Source of the DNA: Gemmatimonadota bacterium
GTDB lineage: Bacteria > JAAXHH01
DNA length: 64,000 nucleotides
Direction of reading: 5' to 3'
Assembly (NCBI GenBank): GCA_009841265.1
Contig: VXMB01000014.1
Span: forward strand, 353,490 to 417,489
Under the pieces are notes generated by a model. That model was given only the letters and a program-made list of their open reading frames with translations. It was not told where the DNA came from and did no database searches. Position 1 is the stretch's first letter. Every line of letters starts with the position of its first letter. Both the position numbers and the translations under genes were made by a program. This document shows, in pieces, positions 28,348 to 38,696 of the stretch.

Positions 28348-31300
28348 TCGACCGCCGTCAACTCCCTCGACAGTATCCGCCCGGTATGGGAAAGCGAACC
28401 GGCGATTTCCTCGGGCGTCCCCGCGGCAACCACGTGACCGCCCCGGTCACCGCCTTCCGGTCCGAGGTCGACGATCCAGTCGGCCGTCTTGATGATGTCC
28501 AGGTTGTGCTCGATCACCAGCACCGTATTCCCCTTGTCCACCAACCGGTTCAGGACCGTCAACAGCTTGCGGATGTCGTCGAAGTGGAGCCCCGTGGTCG
28601 GCTCGTCGAGCAGGTAGATGGTCTTGCCGGTGCCCGGCCGGGAGAGTTCCTTCGCGAGCTTGACGCGCTGCGCCTCGCCCCCTGACAGCGTGACGGCCGA
28701 CTGGCCGAGCTTGATGTAGTCGAGTCCCACGTCGTACAGCGTCTGGAGCATGCGCCGGATGCGGGGCACGTTCTCGAAATGCTCGAGGGCCTCGGCCACG
28801 GTCATGTCCAGGACATCGGCGATGGTCCTACCCTTGTAGGTCACCTCCAGCGTCTCCTTCATGTAGCGCTTCCCGTCGCAGACCTCGCAGGTCATCCACA
28901 CGTCCGCCAGGAAGTGCATCTCGATCTTGCGTACGCCGAGTCCCTGGCAGGCTTCGCAGCGGCCCGCGGGCACGTTGAAGCTGAACCGCCGGGGTTCGTA
29001 CCCCCGCATGCGGGCCTCCACGGTCCGGGCGAAGAGCTGGCGGATCGGCGCGAAGAGCCCGACGTAGGTGCACGGGTCCGACCGCGGGGAATGGCCGATA
29101 GGCGTCTGGTCGATGTTGATGACCTTGTCCACGAAGCGCAGCCCCTTGATCTCGTCGTGGGGACCGGGATTGACCTGGGCGCGGTGCAGGGTGGAGGCCA
29201 GCACGGGATACAGGATATCGTTGACGAGAGAGCTCTTCCCCGACCCGGACACCCCCGTTACGCAGATGAAGAGGCCGAGGGGCAGCGTCACGTCGATGTT
29301 CTTCAGGTTGTTCTGGCGGGCCCCGATGATGCGAAGCCTGTTGCGGCCCGGCTTGCGGCGGTCCGTGGGCACTTCGATGCGCAGCCGGTCGGCGAGGTAG
29401 CGCCCGGTGAGCGATGTCTCGTGTTCCTTTAGGGTCCCGGGCGCGCCTTCGCCCACGATCCTACCCCCGAACACGCCGGCCCCTGGACCGAAATCCACCA
29501 GGTTGTCGGCATGCTCCAGCGTGTCGCGGTCGTGTTCGACCATGATGAGGGTATTGCCGAGATCGCGCAGGTTCTCCAGGGCCTCGATCAGCCGGAGGTT
29601 ATCCCGCGGGTGGAGTCCGATCGTGGGTTCGTCCAGCACGTAGAGCACGCCGGTCAGTCCCGATCCGATCTGGCTGGCCAGGCGTATCCGCTGCGCCTCG
29701 CCGCCCGAAAGCGTGGGCGCACGGCGGTCGAGCGTCAGGTATTCCAGCCCCACGTCCAGCAGGAAGCGCACGCGGTTACGGATTTCCGTCAACACCTCGC
29801 CCGCGACTTCACGCTGGGAAGTGGAGAGTTCCAGCTTCTCGATGAAGTCCATGGCGCGGTCGACGGGAAGGGCGCAGAGCCCGGCAATGGACACGCCGTC
29901 GATCAGCACGGAGAGGCTCTCGGGCCTGAGGCGCCCGCCCTCACAGGCCGGACAGGGCGTCGGTTGCAACATACGGGCCAGTTCAGGGAAGCGGTTCGCG
30001 TACCGGGCGACCAGTTCCACCGTCGGGAAGATGCCCCGGAACTGGAAGGACAGGCCGGGTACCCGCTGATCGTCCACCCACTGGTCGCTTCCATAGAGTA
30101 ACACCTGGAGCTGTTCCGGTGACAAGGCGTCGACCGGCGTCTTGAGGGTAAACCCATGCGAGGACCCCACCTGTTCCAGCAGGTCGAGCAGGGACCGCTC
30201 GCCCATGGCACTTTCACCGGCTGCGCCTTCACCCCAGATCGCGTCCGCGGCTTCACGCACCGGTTTCGCGCGATGGGGTATCAACAGGTCGAGATCGATC
30301 CCGGGCTGGGTACCGAGTCCCTCGCATTCGGGGCACATGCCCGACCGGTGGTTGAAAGAGAAGCTCTGGGGCGTGGGTTCGTCGTAGCTGTTCCCACAGG
30401 ACGGACAGGAATAGTACCGGCTGAAACGGATGTCGCGGGGTCCGCCGGCATCCGGCTCCTCCACCTCGGCGATCAGCAACCCTCCCGACAGTTCCAGGGC
30501 CGTCTCCACCGAGTCGGCCAGGCGCTGGCGCACGTCGCCCTGCATGACGATCCGGTCCACCACAACGCACAACTCGTGACGCCGTCGGCGGTCGATCTCT
30601 ATGTCCTCTTCGAGCCGCCGCAATTCGCCGTCGATGCGCACCCGGATGAACCCATTCCGGCGGGCCCGGTCCAGGAGGACCTCATACCCCTCGGCGCCTT
30701 CGGGTTCCAGCGGGGCGTGGAGCGTGGCGCGGGTCCGGTCCGGCAGGGTCATGATGCGGTCCACGATCTGGCTGGGCGTCTGCGCGCCGATGGGCACCCG
30801 GCAGGCCGGACAGTGGGGGACGCCCACGAGGGCGTAGAGCCCGCGCAGGTATTCGTAGATCTCCGTGATGGTACCCACCGTGGAACGGGGGTTCCGGCCC
30901 GGTGACTTCTGTTCGATGGAAATGGCCGGGGACAGGCCGACGATGTGGTCCACCTTCGGTTTCTGCATCTGCTGAAGGAACTGCCGCGCATAGGCGGACA
31001 GGGATTCCACGTACCGCCGCTGGCCTTCCGCGTAAATCGTATCGAGGGCCAGGGATGTCTTCCCCGAGCCCGATACGCCCGTGAATACCGTCATCCGGTC
31101 CCGGGGGATCGTCACGGAGAGATCGTTCAGGTTGTGTTCCCGCGCGCCGCGCACGGTGATCTCCCGGATGTGGCCGTCCGCACCGGCGGTCCGGTCGTCT
31201 GCGCCGGCGGTCCGGTACGCAGACCGCGATGATTCCGGAATCGCCGGCGTCGCCGATGGAGGTCCTTGCGACATGCGAGGCCGCAGCGCCTTTGCCAGGA

Positions 31301-34160
31301 TCTGTCCCGTGGACGAACCGGCGACGCCCGCGACGGTCTCCGGCGTTCCCTCGGCGATGACGCGTCCGCCCGCTTCTCCGCCCTCCGGCCCCAGGTCGAT
31401 GATCCAGTCGGCCGTCTTGATCACGTCGATGTTGTGCTCGATGACGACGACGGTGTTGCCTTTGTCCACGAAGGCGTTCAGCACGGCGAGCAGGTGGGTG
31501 ATGTCTTCGAAGTGCAGGCCGGTCGTGGGTTCGTCCAGCACGTACATGGTCCGCCCCGTGCTGCGCTTGCACAGCTCGCGCCCCAGCTTGATGCGCTGCG
31601 CCTCGCCGCCCGACAGCGTAGGCGCGGGCTGGCCCAGCTTGATATACCCCAGGCCCACGTCGTAAAGGGTCCGGAGCACCCGGGCGATGGAAGGAACGTG
31701 TTCGAAGATATCCAGCGCTTCCTGCACGTCCAGCCCGAGCACGTCGGCGATGGAATGCCCCTTGTACTTCACCTCCAGGGTCTCACGGTCGAACCTCCTG
31801 CCCTCGCAGACGGGACAGGAAACCCACATGTCCGCCAGGAAATCCATCTCCACCCGCGTCGCGCCGTTGCCTTCGCAGGCCTCGCACCGGCCGCCCCGCA
31901 CGTTGAAGCTGAACCGGCCCGGCTTGTAGCCGCGCAACCTGGCCTCCGGGGTTTCGGCGAAGAGGGCGCGGATCGCGTCGAAGACCTTCGTATAGGTCGC
32001 CGGATTCGATCTCGGCGTGCGGCCGATGGGCGCCTGGTCGATGTTGATGACCTTGTCCAGGTAACTCACGCCCTTGAGGCCGTCGAACACGCCCGGCTGG
32101 GTGCCGGCCTTGTTCAGCGACCGGGCCAGGGCCGCGTACAGGATATCGTTGATCAGCGAGCTTTTGCCCGAACCGGACACGCCCGTGACGCAGGTGAACC
32201 GGCCCACGGGCAGACGGACGTCCAGGTTCTTCAGGTTGTTCTGACGGGCGCCCAGGATCGTCAGCCAACTGTCGTTAACGCCGCGGCGGGAGACCGGAAC
32301 GGGGATCGACTTCTTCCCGCACAGGTACTGGCCGGTCAGCGAAGCCGTGCTGGCCGCCACGACACCGGGACGGCCCTCGGCCACGATCTCGCCGCCGTTG
32401 ACGCCGGCTCCCGGTCCGAAATCCACGATGTGGTCGGAGGCCCACATGGTCTCTTCATCGTGTTCGACGATGATGACCGTATTGCCCTGGTCCCGCAAAT
32501 GGCCGAGGGTATCCAGCAGCCGCCGGTTGTCCCTGGGATGCAGGCCGATGCTCGGTTCGTCGAGCACGTACATCACGCCGACGAGCCCGCGGCCGATCTG
32601 GCTTGCAAGCCGTATGCGCTGCGCCTCCCCGCCGGAGAGCGTCGGCGCCGTACGTTCCAGCGTCAGGTATTCGAGGCCCACGTTGAGCAGGAAGTCGAGC
32701 CGTGCGACGATCTCCTTGAGCGCTTCGTCGCCGATCTGGCGTTCGGCGTCCGACAGGGACAGTTTCTCGAAGAACGCGCGGATGTCCAGGATGGGCAGCC
32801 GGCACAGCGCGGCGATGGAGAGGCCGCCCAGGGTGACGGACAGCGCTTCGGGCTTCAGGCGTTCGCCGTGGCATTGGTCGCACTCCCCGATGGCCATGTA
32901 CCGTTCGAGTTCGGCCTTGTGCCGCTGGGACTTGAGCGTATGGTACCGCTTTTCGAGGTCGTTTACGACCCCGTTGAACCGGTCCTTGTGCGACCATTCG
33001 CCGCCCTTTCCGTTGCGGAACGTAAAGGTGATGCGCTTGTAGCCCAGTCCGTACAGCACCACCCGCCGCGCCTCTTCGGCCAGGCGCTCCCACGGCGTAT
33101 CCAGGCTGAATCCCACGTGCTGGGCGATCCCTTCGTAAAAGTGCCGTTTCCAGAGATTGGCGATCGTGCCGAGGGGTTCGATCGCCCCTTCGTTGATGGA
33201 CTTCGACGGATCGGGCACGATGAGCCGTGGTTCGATCCGCATCATGGTGCCCAGGCCGTGGCAGTTGGCGCACATGCCCTGCGGACTGTTGAAGGAGAAC
33301 AGCTGCGGCGTCGGTTCCTCGTAACTCAGATCGCACTTGTTACAGGCGTACCGGGTGCTGAAGAGCAGGTCGGAGGTCCGGCCGTCTTCCTCCTGCTGGA
33401 CCATGACGGTACCCTGTCCCAGGTGCAAAGCGCCTTCGACGGCTTCGACCAGCCGGGTGCGGATGTCGTTCCGCATGACGAGGCGGTCCGTCACCACTTC
33501 GATCGTGTGCCGCATGTTGCGGTCGAGGTCGGGATCTTCGGAGAGGTTGACGACCTCGCCGTTCACCCGCGCGCGCAGATAGCCTTGCCGGCGCAGGTCC
33601 TCGAACAGGTCCCGGTACTCGCCGCGGCGCCCCTGGATCACCGGCGCCATCACGAGCATCCGCGTTCCTTCCGGAAGCGCCAGGATCCGGGCGACGATCT
33701 GTTCGAGGGTCTGCGCCCCGATCCGTTCCCCGCACTTCGTGCAGTGCGGCACCCCCACCCGGGCGTAGAGCACGCGCAGGAAGTCGTAGATCTCCGTGAT
33801 CGTCCCGACGGTGGACCGGGGATTCAGCCCGGCGGCTTTCTGTTCGATGGAAATGGCGGGCGCCAGTCCCGTTATCCGGTCGACGTCGGGTTTCTGCATC
33901 TGGCCGAGGAACTGCCTCGCGTAGGCGGAGAGCGATTCGACGTACCGCCGCTGGCCCTCGGCGTAGAGGGTGTCGAAGGCCAGCGAGGACTTGCCGGAAC
34001 CGGATACGCCGGTGAAGCAGATCAGCGCGTCTTTCGGAAGGTCCAGGTTCACGTTCTTCAGGTTGTGAACGCGGGCCCCTTTGATCTGTATGGTCGTTCC
34101 GGCCATGGGAAGAAGGTCGGGTTCCGGGGGTTTGAAAATCGGGTCGTTTCGCGCCGGCAC
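28344..34160 (-). CDS. uvrA: tandem-duplicated UvrA fusion (two complete excinuclease ABC subunit A modules)
   Basis: 1938 aa. Module 1 covers aa about 20-955 and module 2 about 985-1938. Each carries two ABC ATPase cassettes (GVSGSGKSS Walker A x4, LSGGEAQR signature x4), zinc-finger cysteines and a UvrB-binding-like region. The start could instead be M19 (MAGTT…). Confidence 0.85.
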   Translation of the reverse strand: MPARNDPIFKPPEPDLLPMAGTTIQIKGARVHNLKNVNLDLPKDALICFTGVSGSGKSSLAFDTLYAEGQRRYVESLSAYARQFLGQMQKPDVDRITGLAPAISIEQKAAGLNPRSTVGTITEIYDFLRVLYARVGVPHCTKCGERIGAQTLEQIVARILALPEGTRMLVMAPVIQGRRGEYRDLFEDLRRQGYLRARVNGEVVNLSEDPDLDRNMRHTIEVVTDRLVMRNDIRTRLVEAVEGALHLGQGTVMVQQEEDGRTSDLLFSTRYACNKCDLSYEEPTPQLFSFNSPQGMCANCHGLGTMMRIEPRLIVPDPSKSINEGAIEPLGTIANLWKRHFYEGIAQHVGFSLDTPWERLAEEARRVVLYGLGYKRITFTFRNGKGGEWSHKDRFNGVVNDLEKRYHTLKSQRHKAELERYMAIGECDQCHGERLKPEALSVTLGGLSIAALCRLPILDIRAFFEKLSLSDAERQIGDEALKEIVARLDFLLNVGLEYLTLERTAPTLSGGEAQRIRLASQIGRGLVGVMYVLDEPSIGLHPRDNRRLLDTLGHLRDQGNTVIIVEHDEETMWASDHIVDFGPGAGVNGGEIVAEGRPGVVAASTASLTGQYLCGKKSIPVPVSRRGVNDSWLTILGARQNNLKNLDVRLPVGRFTCVTGVSGSGKSSLINDILYAALARSLNKAGTQPGVFDGLKGVSYLDKVINIDQAPIGRTPRSNPATYTKVFDAIRALFAETPEARLRGYKPGRFSFNVRGGRCEACEGNGATRVEMDFLADMWVSCPVCEGRRFDRETLEVKYKGHSIADVLGLDVQEALDIFEHVPSIARVLRTLYDVGLGYIKLGQPAPTLSGGEAQRIKLGRELCKRSTGRTMYVLDEPTTGLHFEDITHLLAVLNAFVDKGNTVVVIEHNIDVIKTADWIIDLGPEGGEAGGRVIAEGTPETVAGVAGSSTGQILAKALRPRMSQGPPSATPAIPESSRSAYRTAGADDRTAGADGHIREITVRGAREHNLNDLSVTIPRDRMTVFTGVSGSGKTSLALDTIYAEGQRRYVESLSAYARQFLQQMQKPKVDHIVGLSPAISIEQKSPGRNPRSTVGTITEIYEYLRGLYALVGVPHCPACRVPIGAQTPSQIVDRIMTLPDRTRATLHAPLEPEGAEGYEVLLDRARRNGFIRVRIDGELRRLEEDIEIDRRRRHELCVVVDRIVMQGDVRQRLADSVETALELSGGLLIAEVEEPDAGGPRDIRFSRYYSCPSCGNSYDEPTPQSFSFNHRSGMCPECEGLGTQPGIDLDLLIPHRAKPVREAADAIWGEGAAGESAMGERSLLDLLEQVGSSHGFTLKTPVDALSPEQLQVLLYGSDQWVDDQRVPGLSFQFRGIFPTVELVARYANRFPELARMLQPTPCPACEGGRLRPESLSVLIDGVSIAGLCALPVDRAMDFIEKLELSTSQREVAGEVLTEIRNRVRFLLDVGLEYLTLDRRAPTLSGGEAQRIRLASQIGSGLTGVLYVLDEPTIGLHPRDNLRLIEALENLRDLGNTLIMVEHDRDTLEHADNLVDFGPGAGVFGGRIVGEGAPGTLKEHETSLTGRYLADRLRIEVPTDRRKPGRNRLRIIGARQNNLKNIDVTLPLGLFICVTGVSGSGKSSLVNDILYPVLASTLHRAQVNPGPHDEIKGLRFVDKVINIDQTPIGHSPRSDPCTYVGLFAPIRQLFARTVEARMRGYEPRRFSFNVPAGRCEACQGLGVRKIEMHFLADVWMTCEVCDGKRYMKETLEVTYKGRTIADVLDMTVAEALEHFENVPRIRRMLQTLYDVGLDYIKLGQSAVTLSGGEAQRVKLAKELSRPGTGKTIYLLDEPTTGLHFDDIRKLLTVLNRLVDKGNTVLVIEHNLDIIKTADWIVDLGPEGGDRGGHVVAAGTPEEIAGSLSHTGRILSRELTAVD

Positions 34161-34363
34161 AGCAACCGGAAGTTGCTATACGGGTGTTTAGAAATCAAGG
34201 TATTTTAACGACACCCGGATGATCCCGTAAAAGATGCTTGAAATACGTGTCGGCGGGGGTTAATCTGAGGCGGTCGGTCCTGGATTTCGACCATGTGTCC
34301 CTCGATGCGGCAGGCGGCCGATCCTGCTTTGCCGACAGCGTACAGACGGCCGGAGCAATCATC

Positions 34364-35086
34364 ATGACCAATCCCTGGTACGTCGATTACTTCGGCGAAG
34401 ATTACTACCATTTCGACCACCACGAGGACACGGACCTCGAAGTGGATGGCCTCGCGCGCCTGATCGGGCGTCCGGACGGGAGCGGGGTCCTGGACCTCGG
34501 CTGCGGTTACGGACGGGTGAGCACGCCACTGAGAAAACGCGGATACCGGGTCGTGGGATACGACCTGTCTCCCCCGCTGCTGAAACGTGCCCGCGAGCGG
34601 GACCCCGCGGGGACCTGGGTAAGGGGCGATATGCGCTTCCTGCCTTTTTCCGGGCAGTTCGACACGGTCATCAGCCTGTTCAACACCCTGGGGTACTTCG
34701 AAGAGGAAGACGAGAACTTCAGGGTACTGAAATCGGTCTCCGAGGCACTGCGGCCCGGCGGGCGGCTCGTGTGCCAGCTCGTCAACCGCGACTACCTGGT
34801 CCGCCGGTTCGCCGCCCAGGAAGTCCATCGGCGGGACGGCCGCATCCTGCTCGAAGAGCGCGAATTCGATCCCGTGGCCAACCGAGTCCATACACAATCG
34901 ACCGTGCTCAACGGCGCCGAAAAACGGACGTACGCGTCATCCATACGGGTCTACACGGTGACCGAACTGGACTTGCTCCTGGCCGCCGCGGGCATGACGA
35001 TCGGGGCGGTCCACGGCGGGCTCGATTTCAGGCCGTACGACTGGGATACGAACCAGTTGGTCATCGTCGCCGAACGGACCGGATAG
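34364..35086 (+). CDS. class I SAM-dependent methyltransferase (Methyltransf_11-like)
   Basis: Starts MTNPWYVDYFGEDYY. VLDLGCGYGRVS motif I and VVGYDLS. GGAG RBS 8 nt upstream. Confidence 0.65.
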   Translation: MTNPWYVDYFGEDYYHFDHHEDTDLEVDGLARLIGRPDGSGVLDLGCGYGRVSTPLRKRGYRVVGYDLSPPLLKRARERDPAGTWVRGDMRFLPFSGQFDTVISLFNTLGYFEEEDENFRVLKSVSEALRPGGRLVCQLVNRDYLVRRFAAQEVHRRDGRILLEEREFDPVANRVHTQSTVLNGAEKRTYASSIRVYTVTELDLLLAAAGMTIGAVHGGLDFRPYDWDTNQLVIVAERTG

Positions 35087-35202
35087 CGCCGAACCCGGGC
35101 CGGATCCAGCCCCCAATCTGCTTGACAAAACCCCCCTCCGCCCGTAGGATTCAGTGTCGTTTCATTGCATCCGGGCAAGGATAGAACGCAAAGGAAATTT
35201 AC

Positions 35203-36246
35203 ATGGCATCCGACCCGTTGCGCGTGGGGGTGATCGGGCTTGGATTCGGCCAGTACCACGTCCGCGGCTACCAGGCCTGCCCCGGCGTGGTGGTCGAGAC
35301 CGTCTGCAGCCGGACCGCGGCGACCGCCCAGCGCGTGGCGAAGGACTACGGGATCGCAGAGACCCACACGGATTACCGCGCGGTGCTGGATCGCGGGGAC
35401 ATCGACGCGGTGAGCATCTGCACGCCCGTGAACCTCCACCGGCAGATGGTCATGGAGGCCCTGGAAGCCGGCAAGCACGTGCTGTGCGAGAAGCCGCTCG
35501 GACTGAACGCCGAAGAGGCCAAAGACATGCTCGAAAGCGCCCGCCGGAGCGGCAAGGTCCACATGACCAACTTCGGCTGGCGGTTCAATGGTCCGGCCTT
35601 TCGCATGAAATCCCTGCTCGAAGAGGGGTATATCGGCAGGGTCTACCACCTGAACGCCCGCTACATGATGGGTTACCGGGCGAGTCCCCGGAAGGCGCAC
35701 AGCTGGCGGGAGCGGCGCCTGGAGGCGGGACTCGGCGCCATGGGCGACCTCGGCGTGCACCTGATCGACATGACGCGGTGGTGGGCCGGCGAGTTCGAAC
35801 GGGTGTGCGCGCTGATGCACACGCTCATTCCCGAACGCCGCGCGCCGGACTCCTCCGCCATGCGGGAATCCGAGCTCGAAGACGCCTGCGCCTTCATCGC
35901 CCAGATGCAGGGCGGGGTCCAGGCCGTGTTCCACGTAAGCCGTTGCGCACTGTACACGGACTTCATTCACATCGACATCCACGGGAGCGACGGCGCGCTG
36001 CATTTCCAGTTCGTACGGGACACCATGCAGGCCAGTCTGAAGGGCGGCCAGGGGCTGCGGGGCAACCTCCAGCCGCTGTCCGTACCGTCCCAGCAAGGCG
36101 CGCTGTCTCCGCAGCGGCACTTCGTCGAAGCGATCCGGTCCGGCGTCGAAGCCGATCCGAGTTTCCACGAAGGGTACTGCGTGCAACAGGTCGCCGACGC
36201 CATAACCATCTCGGAGGAGCAGCAGACATGGGTATCCCTTTCCTGA
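35203..36246 (+). CDS. Gfo/Idh/MocA-family NAD(P)-dependent oxidoreductase
   Basis: LRVGVIGLGFGQYH Rossmann fold and the EKPLGLNAEEA motif. Confidence 0.8.
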   Translation: MASDPLRVGVIGLGFGQYHVRGYQACPGVVVETVCSRTAATAQRVAKDYGIAETHTDYRAVLDRGDIDAVSICTPVNLHRQMVMEALEAGKHVLCEKPLGLNAEEAKDMLESARRSGKVHMTNFGWRFNGPAFRMKSLLEEGYIGRVYHLNARYMMGYRASPRKAHSWRERRLEAGLGAMGDLGVHLIDMTRWWAGEFERVCALMHTLIPERRAPDSSAMRESELEDACAFIAQMQGGVQAVFHVSRCALYTDFIHIDIHGSDGALHFQFVRDTMQASLKGGQGLRGNLQPLSVPSQQGALSPQRHFVEAIRSGVEADPSFHEGYCVQQVADAITISEEQQTWVSLS

Positions 36247-37184
36247 CATCGCGGCGGGTTCCGCGACGGGTTCCGCGGCGAACTCGGCCCCGGATTACGA
36301 CCATGCTGATGATCCCCCTGTGCCTCTTCTGGCTCGCCGGCTGCGCCGGACAGGAATCGGAGCCGGAAACCGCGGACGCGGTCCCCGATCAGGCCCAGGT
36401 CATCGCGGAAGAGGTAATGGAGGCCATGGGGGGGCGGGATAACTGGGACGCCACCAGGTACATCCGGTTTTCGTTCTTCGGGTTCCGCACCCACTACTGG
36501 GACAAGCACGACGGTCGGCACCGCCTTTCCTGGACCGACCGCGAAAGCGGGCAGTCCCACGTGATCCTGATGAATCTGAATACGGGGGAAGGGCAGGCGT
36601 TCGTTGACGGCTCGGAAGTCACGGACATGGAGGCGCAGAACCAATCCCTGGAGCGTGCCCGGGGCGCATGGATAAACGACACCTACTGGCTGCTGATGCC
36701 CTACAAGCTGCAGGACCCGGGTGTTGACCTGGCCTACGATGGCGAGGAAGTCGTAGACGGCACCGTCTACGACAAGCTGCATCTCAGTTTCAATGAGGTG
36801 GGGAATACACCGGGCGACGAGTACTGGGCCTATATCAACCGGGAAACCCGTCTCATGGACAAATGGGTCTATCTCCTGCAGTTGCGGGAGGGCCAGGACG
36901 AGCGAAGCCGGGGCGAATGGAAGTGGAACGACTGGCGCAGCCATGGCGACATCCTGTTGTCCGCGGAACGCGAGCGGATGGACGGCCAGAAGCGGTCCCA
37001 CGAAGACCTGGCGGTGCTCGAGTTCGTAGACGATCGGGTATTTACGTCGCCCGACCCGGTATCTCCCGAGATGGTACGGGAGCGAACCGGGCAGCCTGGT
37101 CCCGGCGCGTCCGAGTCGTCCGGCGCGTCCGAGTCAACCGGAGTTCCGAGCGCCACCACACAGCCTGCCGAAGGGTCGGAGTGA
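36228..37184 (+). CDS. putative lipoprotein of unknown function
   Basis: Signal plus lipobox …MLMIPLCLFWLAGCAG. The start is ambiguous between ATG 36228 and ATG 36303. It is the tail of the artefactual 676-aa ORF in the track. Confidence 0.45.
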   Translation: MGIPFLTSRRVPRRVPRRTRPRITTMLMIPLCLFWLAGCAGQESEPETADAVPDQAQVIAEEVMEAMGGRDNWDATRYIRFSFFGFRTHYWDKHDGRHRLSWTDRESGQSHVILMNLNTGEGQAFVDGSEVTDMEAQNQSLERARGAWINDTYWLLMPYKLQDPGVDLAYDGEEVVDGTVYDKLHLSFNEVGNTPGDEYWAYINRETRLMDKWVYLLQLREGQDERSRGEWKWNDWRSHGDILLSAERERMDGQKRSHEDLAVLEFVDDRVFTSPDPVSPEMVRERTGQPGPGASESSGASESTGVPSATTQPAEGSE

Positions 37185-37194
37185 CAAAGCCGTC

Positions 37195-37548
37195 ATGTCC
37201 ACCGCACCGCCCTCGCCCGAACACGTTGCCCTCGATCACCCGGAAAAGGGCGAACTGACCGTATTCTGGAACGACGGCAGCGCAAGAAAGTACGCCCTGG
37301 CCGATCTTCGTAAGGCCTGTCCCTGTGCCACCTGCCGCGATCTGAGGGATCAGTTGTCCTCCGCCGCCGGGTTGACCTTGCTTGCCAACGAATCGCTGGA
37401 TCCGAGCGTCGAGGTGGTCGACATGAGTACCGTCGGACGCTACGCGCTGCAGTTTACCTGGAAAGACGGCCATAATACCGGCATCTACACGTACGAGTAC
37501 CTGTACGGCACGGGCCAGGACCTCGACGGGGAAGGAAAGGATCGATGA
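37195..37548 (+). CDS. DUF971 (gamma-butyrobetaine-hydroxylase N-terminal-like) zinc-binding small protein
   Basis: 117 aa. CPCATC motif. Overlaps the next gene by 4 nt. Confidence 0.55.
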   Translation: MSTAPPSPEHVALDHPEKGELTVFWNDGSARKYALADLRKACPCATCRDLRDQLSSAAGLTLLANESLDPSVEVVDMSTVGRYALQFTWKDGHNTGIYTYEYLYGTGQDLDGEGKDR

Positions 37549-38690
37549 AGGTCAAGGTTGGTTTCCTGGGGGTGGCCCATCCGCACGCCCTTCCCCATTT
37601 CCGCACCCTGGAGCTGCTGGACGAGGTATCGGGCATCGTGGCCTGGGACGAGGATGACGAAGCGCTGGAACGGTTGCGGCGCGAGGACCATCCGAAGCTG
37701 GAACCCGGGCGGACCACCTTCGACCGGATCATGGAGCGGGAGGACATCCCCATCGTCGTTTCACTGGCGACGAACGACCGGAATCCCGAATGGGTGATCC
37801 GGGCGGCGAAGGCGGGAAAGCACGTCCTGACCGAGAAACCGGTCGCGGCCAGCAGCGCGGACATGGCGCCCCTGCTCGACGCGGTTCGCGGTGCCGGGGT
37901 TCGCCTGGGGGTCTACTACACCTGGCGGTCTCACCCCATCGTCAATGATCTCAGGGTGTTGATCGACGCGGGCGTTATCGGAAAGCTGTTGTCCGTGGAA
38001 GGCCGGATGGTCACGTCCCAGGTCCGTTTCCGCGACCCTGCGCACTGGCTGTTCCGGAAGCGGATTGCCGGCGGCGGCATCCTCAGCTGGCTGGGCTGCC
38101 ACTGGATCGACGCGATCCGGTACGTCACGCGGGACGAGGTCACGGCCGTTACCGCCATGGTGGATACGTTGAACGAGCAGCCCATCGACGTGGAGGATAC
38201 GGCCGGGGTAATCATGCGGATGGGCAGCGGCGCGATCGCCACGCTTCACGCCGGATACCTCCTGCCCATCAGCCAGGCCGGGTACCTGTCGGGCAGCTAC
38301 GACACCTACCTGGGTTTCCGCGGTCTGGAAGGCAACATCACCTGGTATCCCACCGATGAGGACCGGCCCGTCGTCGTCGAGAGCACGTCGAAGGCCTGGG
38401 ACGCCACGCCCCGCCGTGAATTGAAGTACGTCGTCGCGGAATCCGAAGCATATGGGGGCCGGTACGGCCAGGACTTCGTCGGCCGGTTCATCGCCTCGGC
38501 CATGGGGGACGGTCAATCGGCCGGTACGGTCAGCCCGGTCAGCCCGGACGGCCCGGACGGCCTTCCAGAACCGCAAGCCCCATACGATGACGGGGAGAAC
38601 GCCTTGCGTGTTCTGCAGATTATAGAAGCCGCGTATCGTTCCAGCGAAACGGGCCGCATGGTTTCCCTGGAACAGGACCGGGAGGGTTAG
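37545..38690 (+). CDS. Gfo/Idh/MocA-family oxidoreductase
   Basis: MKVKVGFLGVAHPHA and the EKP motif. Confidence 0.75.
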   Translation: MKVKVGFLGVAHPHALPHFRTLELLDEVSGIVAWDEDDEALERLRREDHPKLEPGRTTFDRIMEREDIPIVVSLATNDRNPEWVIRAAKAGKHVLTEKPVAASSADMAPLLDAVRGAGVRLGVYYTWRSHPIVNDLRVLIDAGVIGKLLSVEGRMVTSQVRFRDPAHWLFRKRIAGGGILSWLGCHWIDAIRYVTRDEVTAVTAMVDTLNEQPIDVEDTAGVIMRMGSGAIATLHAGYLLPISQAGYLSGSYDTYLGFRGLEGNITWYPTDEDRPVVVESTSKAWDATPRRELKYVVAESEAYGGRYGQDFVGRFIASAMGDGQSAGTVSPVSPDGPDGLPEPQAPYDDGENALRVLQIIEAAYRSSETGRMVSLEQDREG

Positions 38691-38696
38691 GCGCTC

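Noticed and set aside
31266-34208. 980-aa ORF on the plus strand
   Set aside because: It is entirely antisense to the uvrA fusion, with no recognisable motifs and Arg/Gly/Pro-rich composition typical of GC-driven spurious ORFs.
35154-37184. 676-aa plus-strand ORF
   Set aside because: A frame that runs through the Gfo/Idh/MocA gene in an alternative frame. Only its last about 320 aa (the lipoprotein with MLMIPLCLFWLAGC signal) looks real. It was re-called as 36228..37184.
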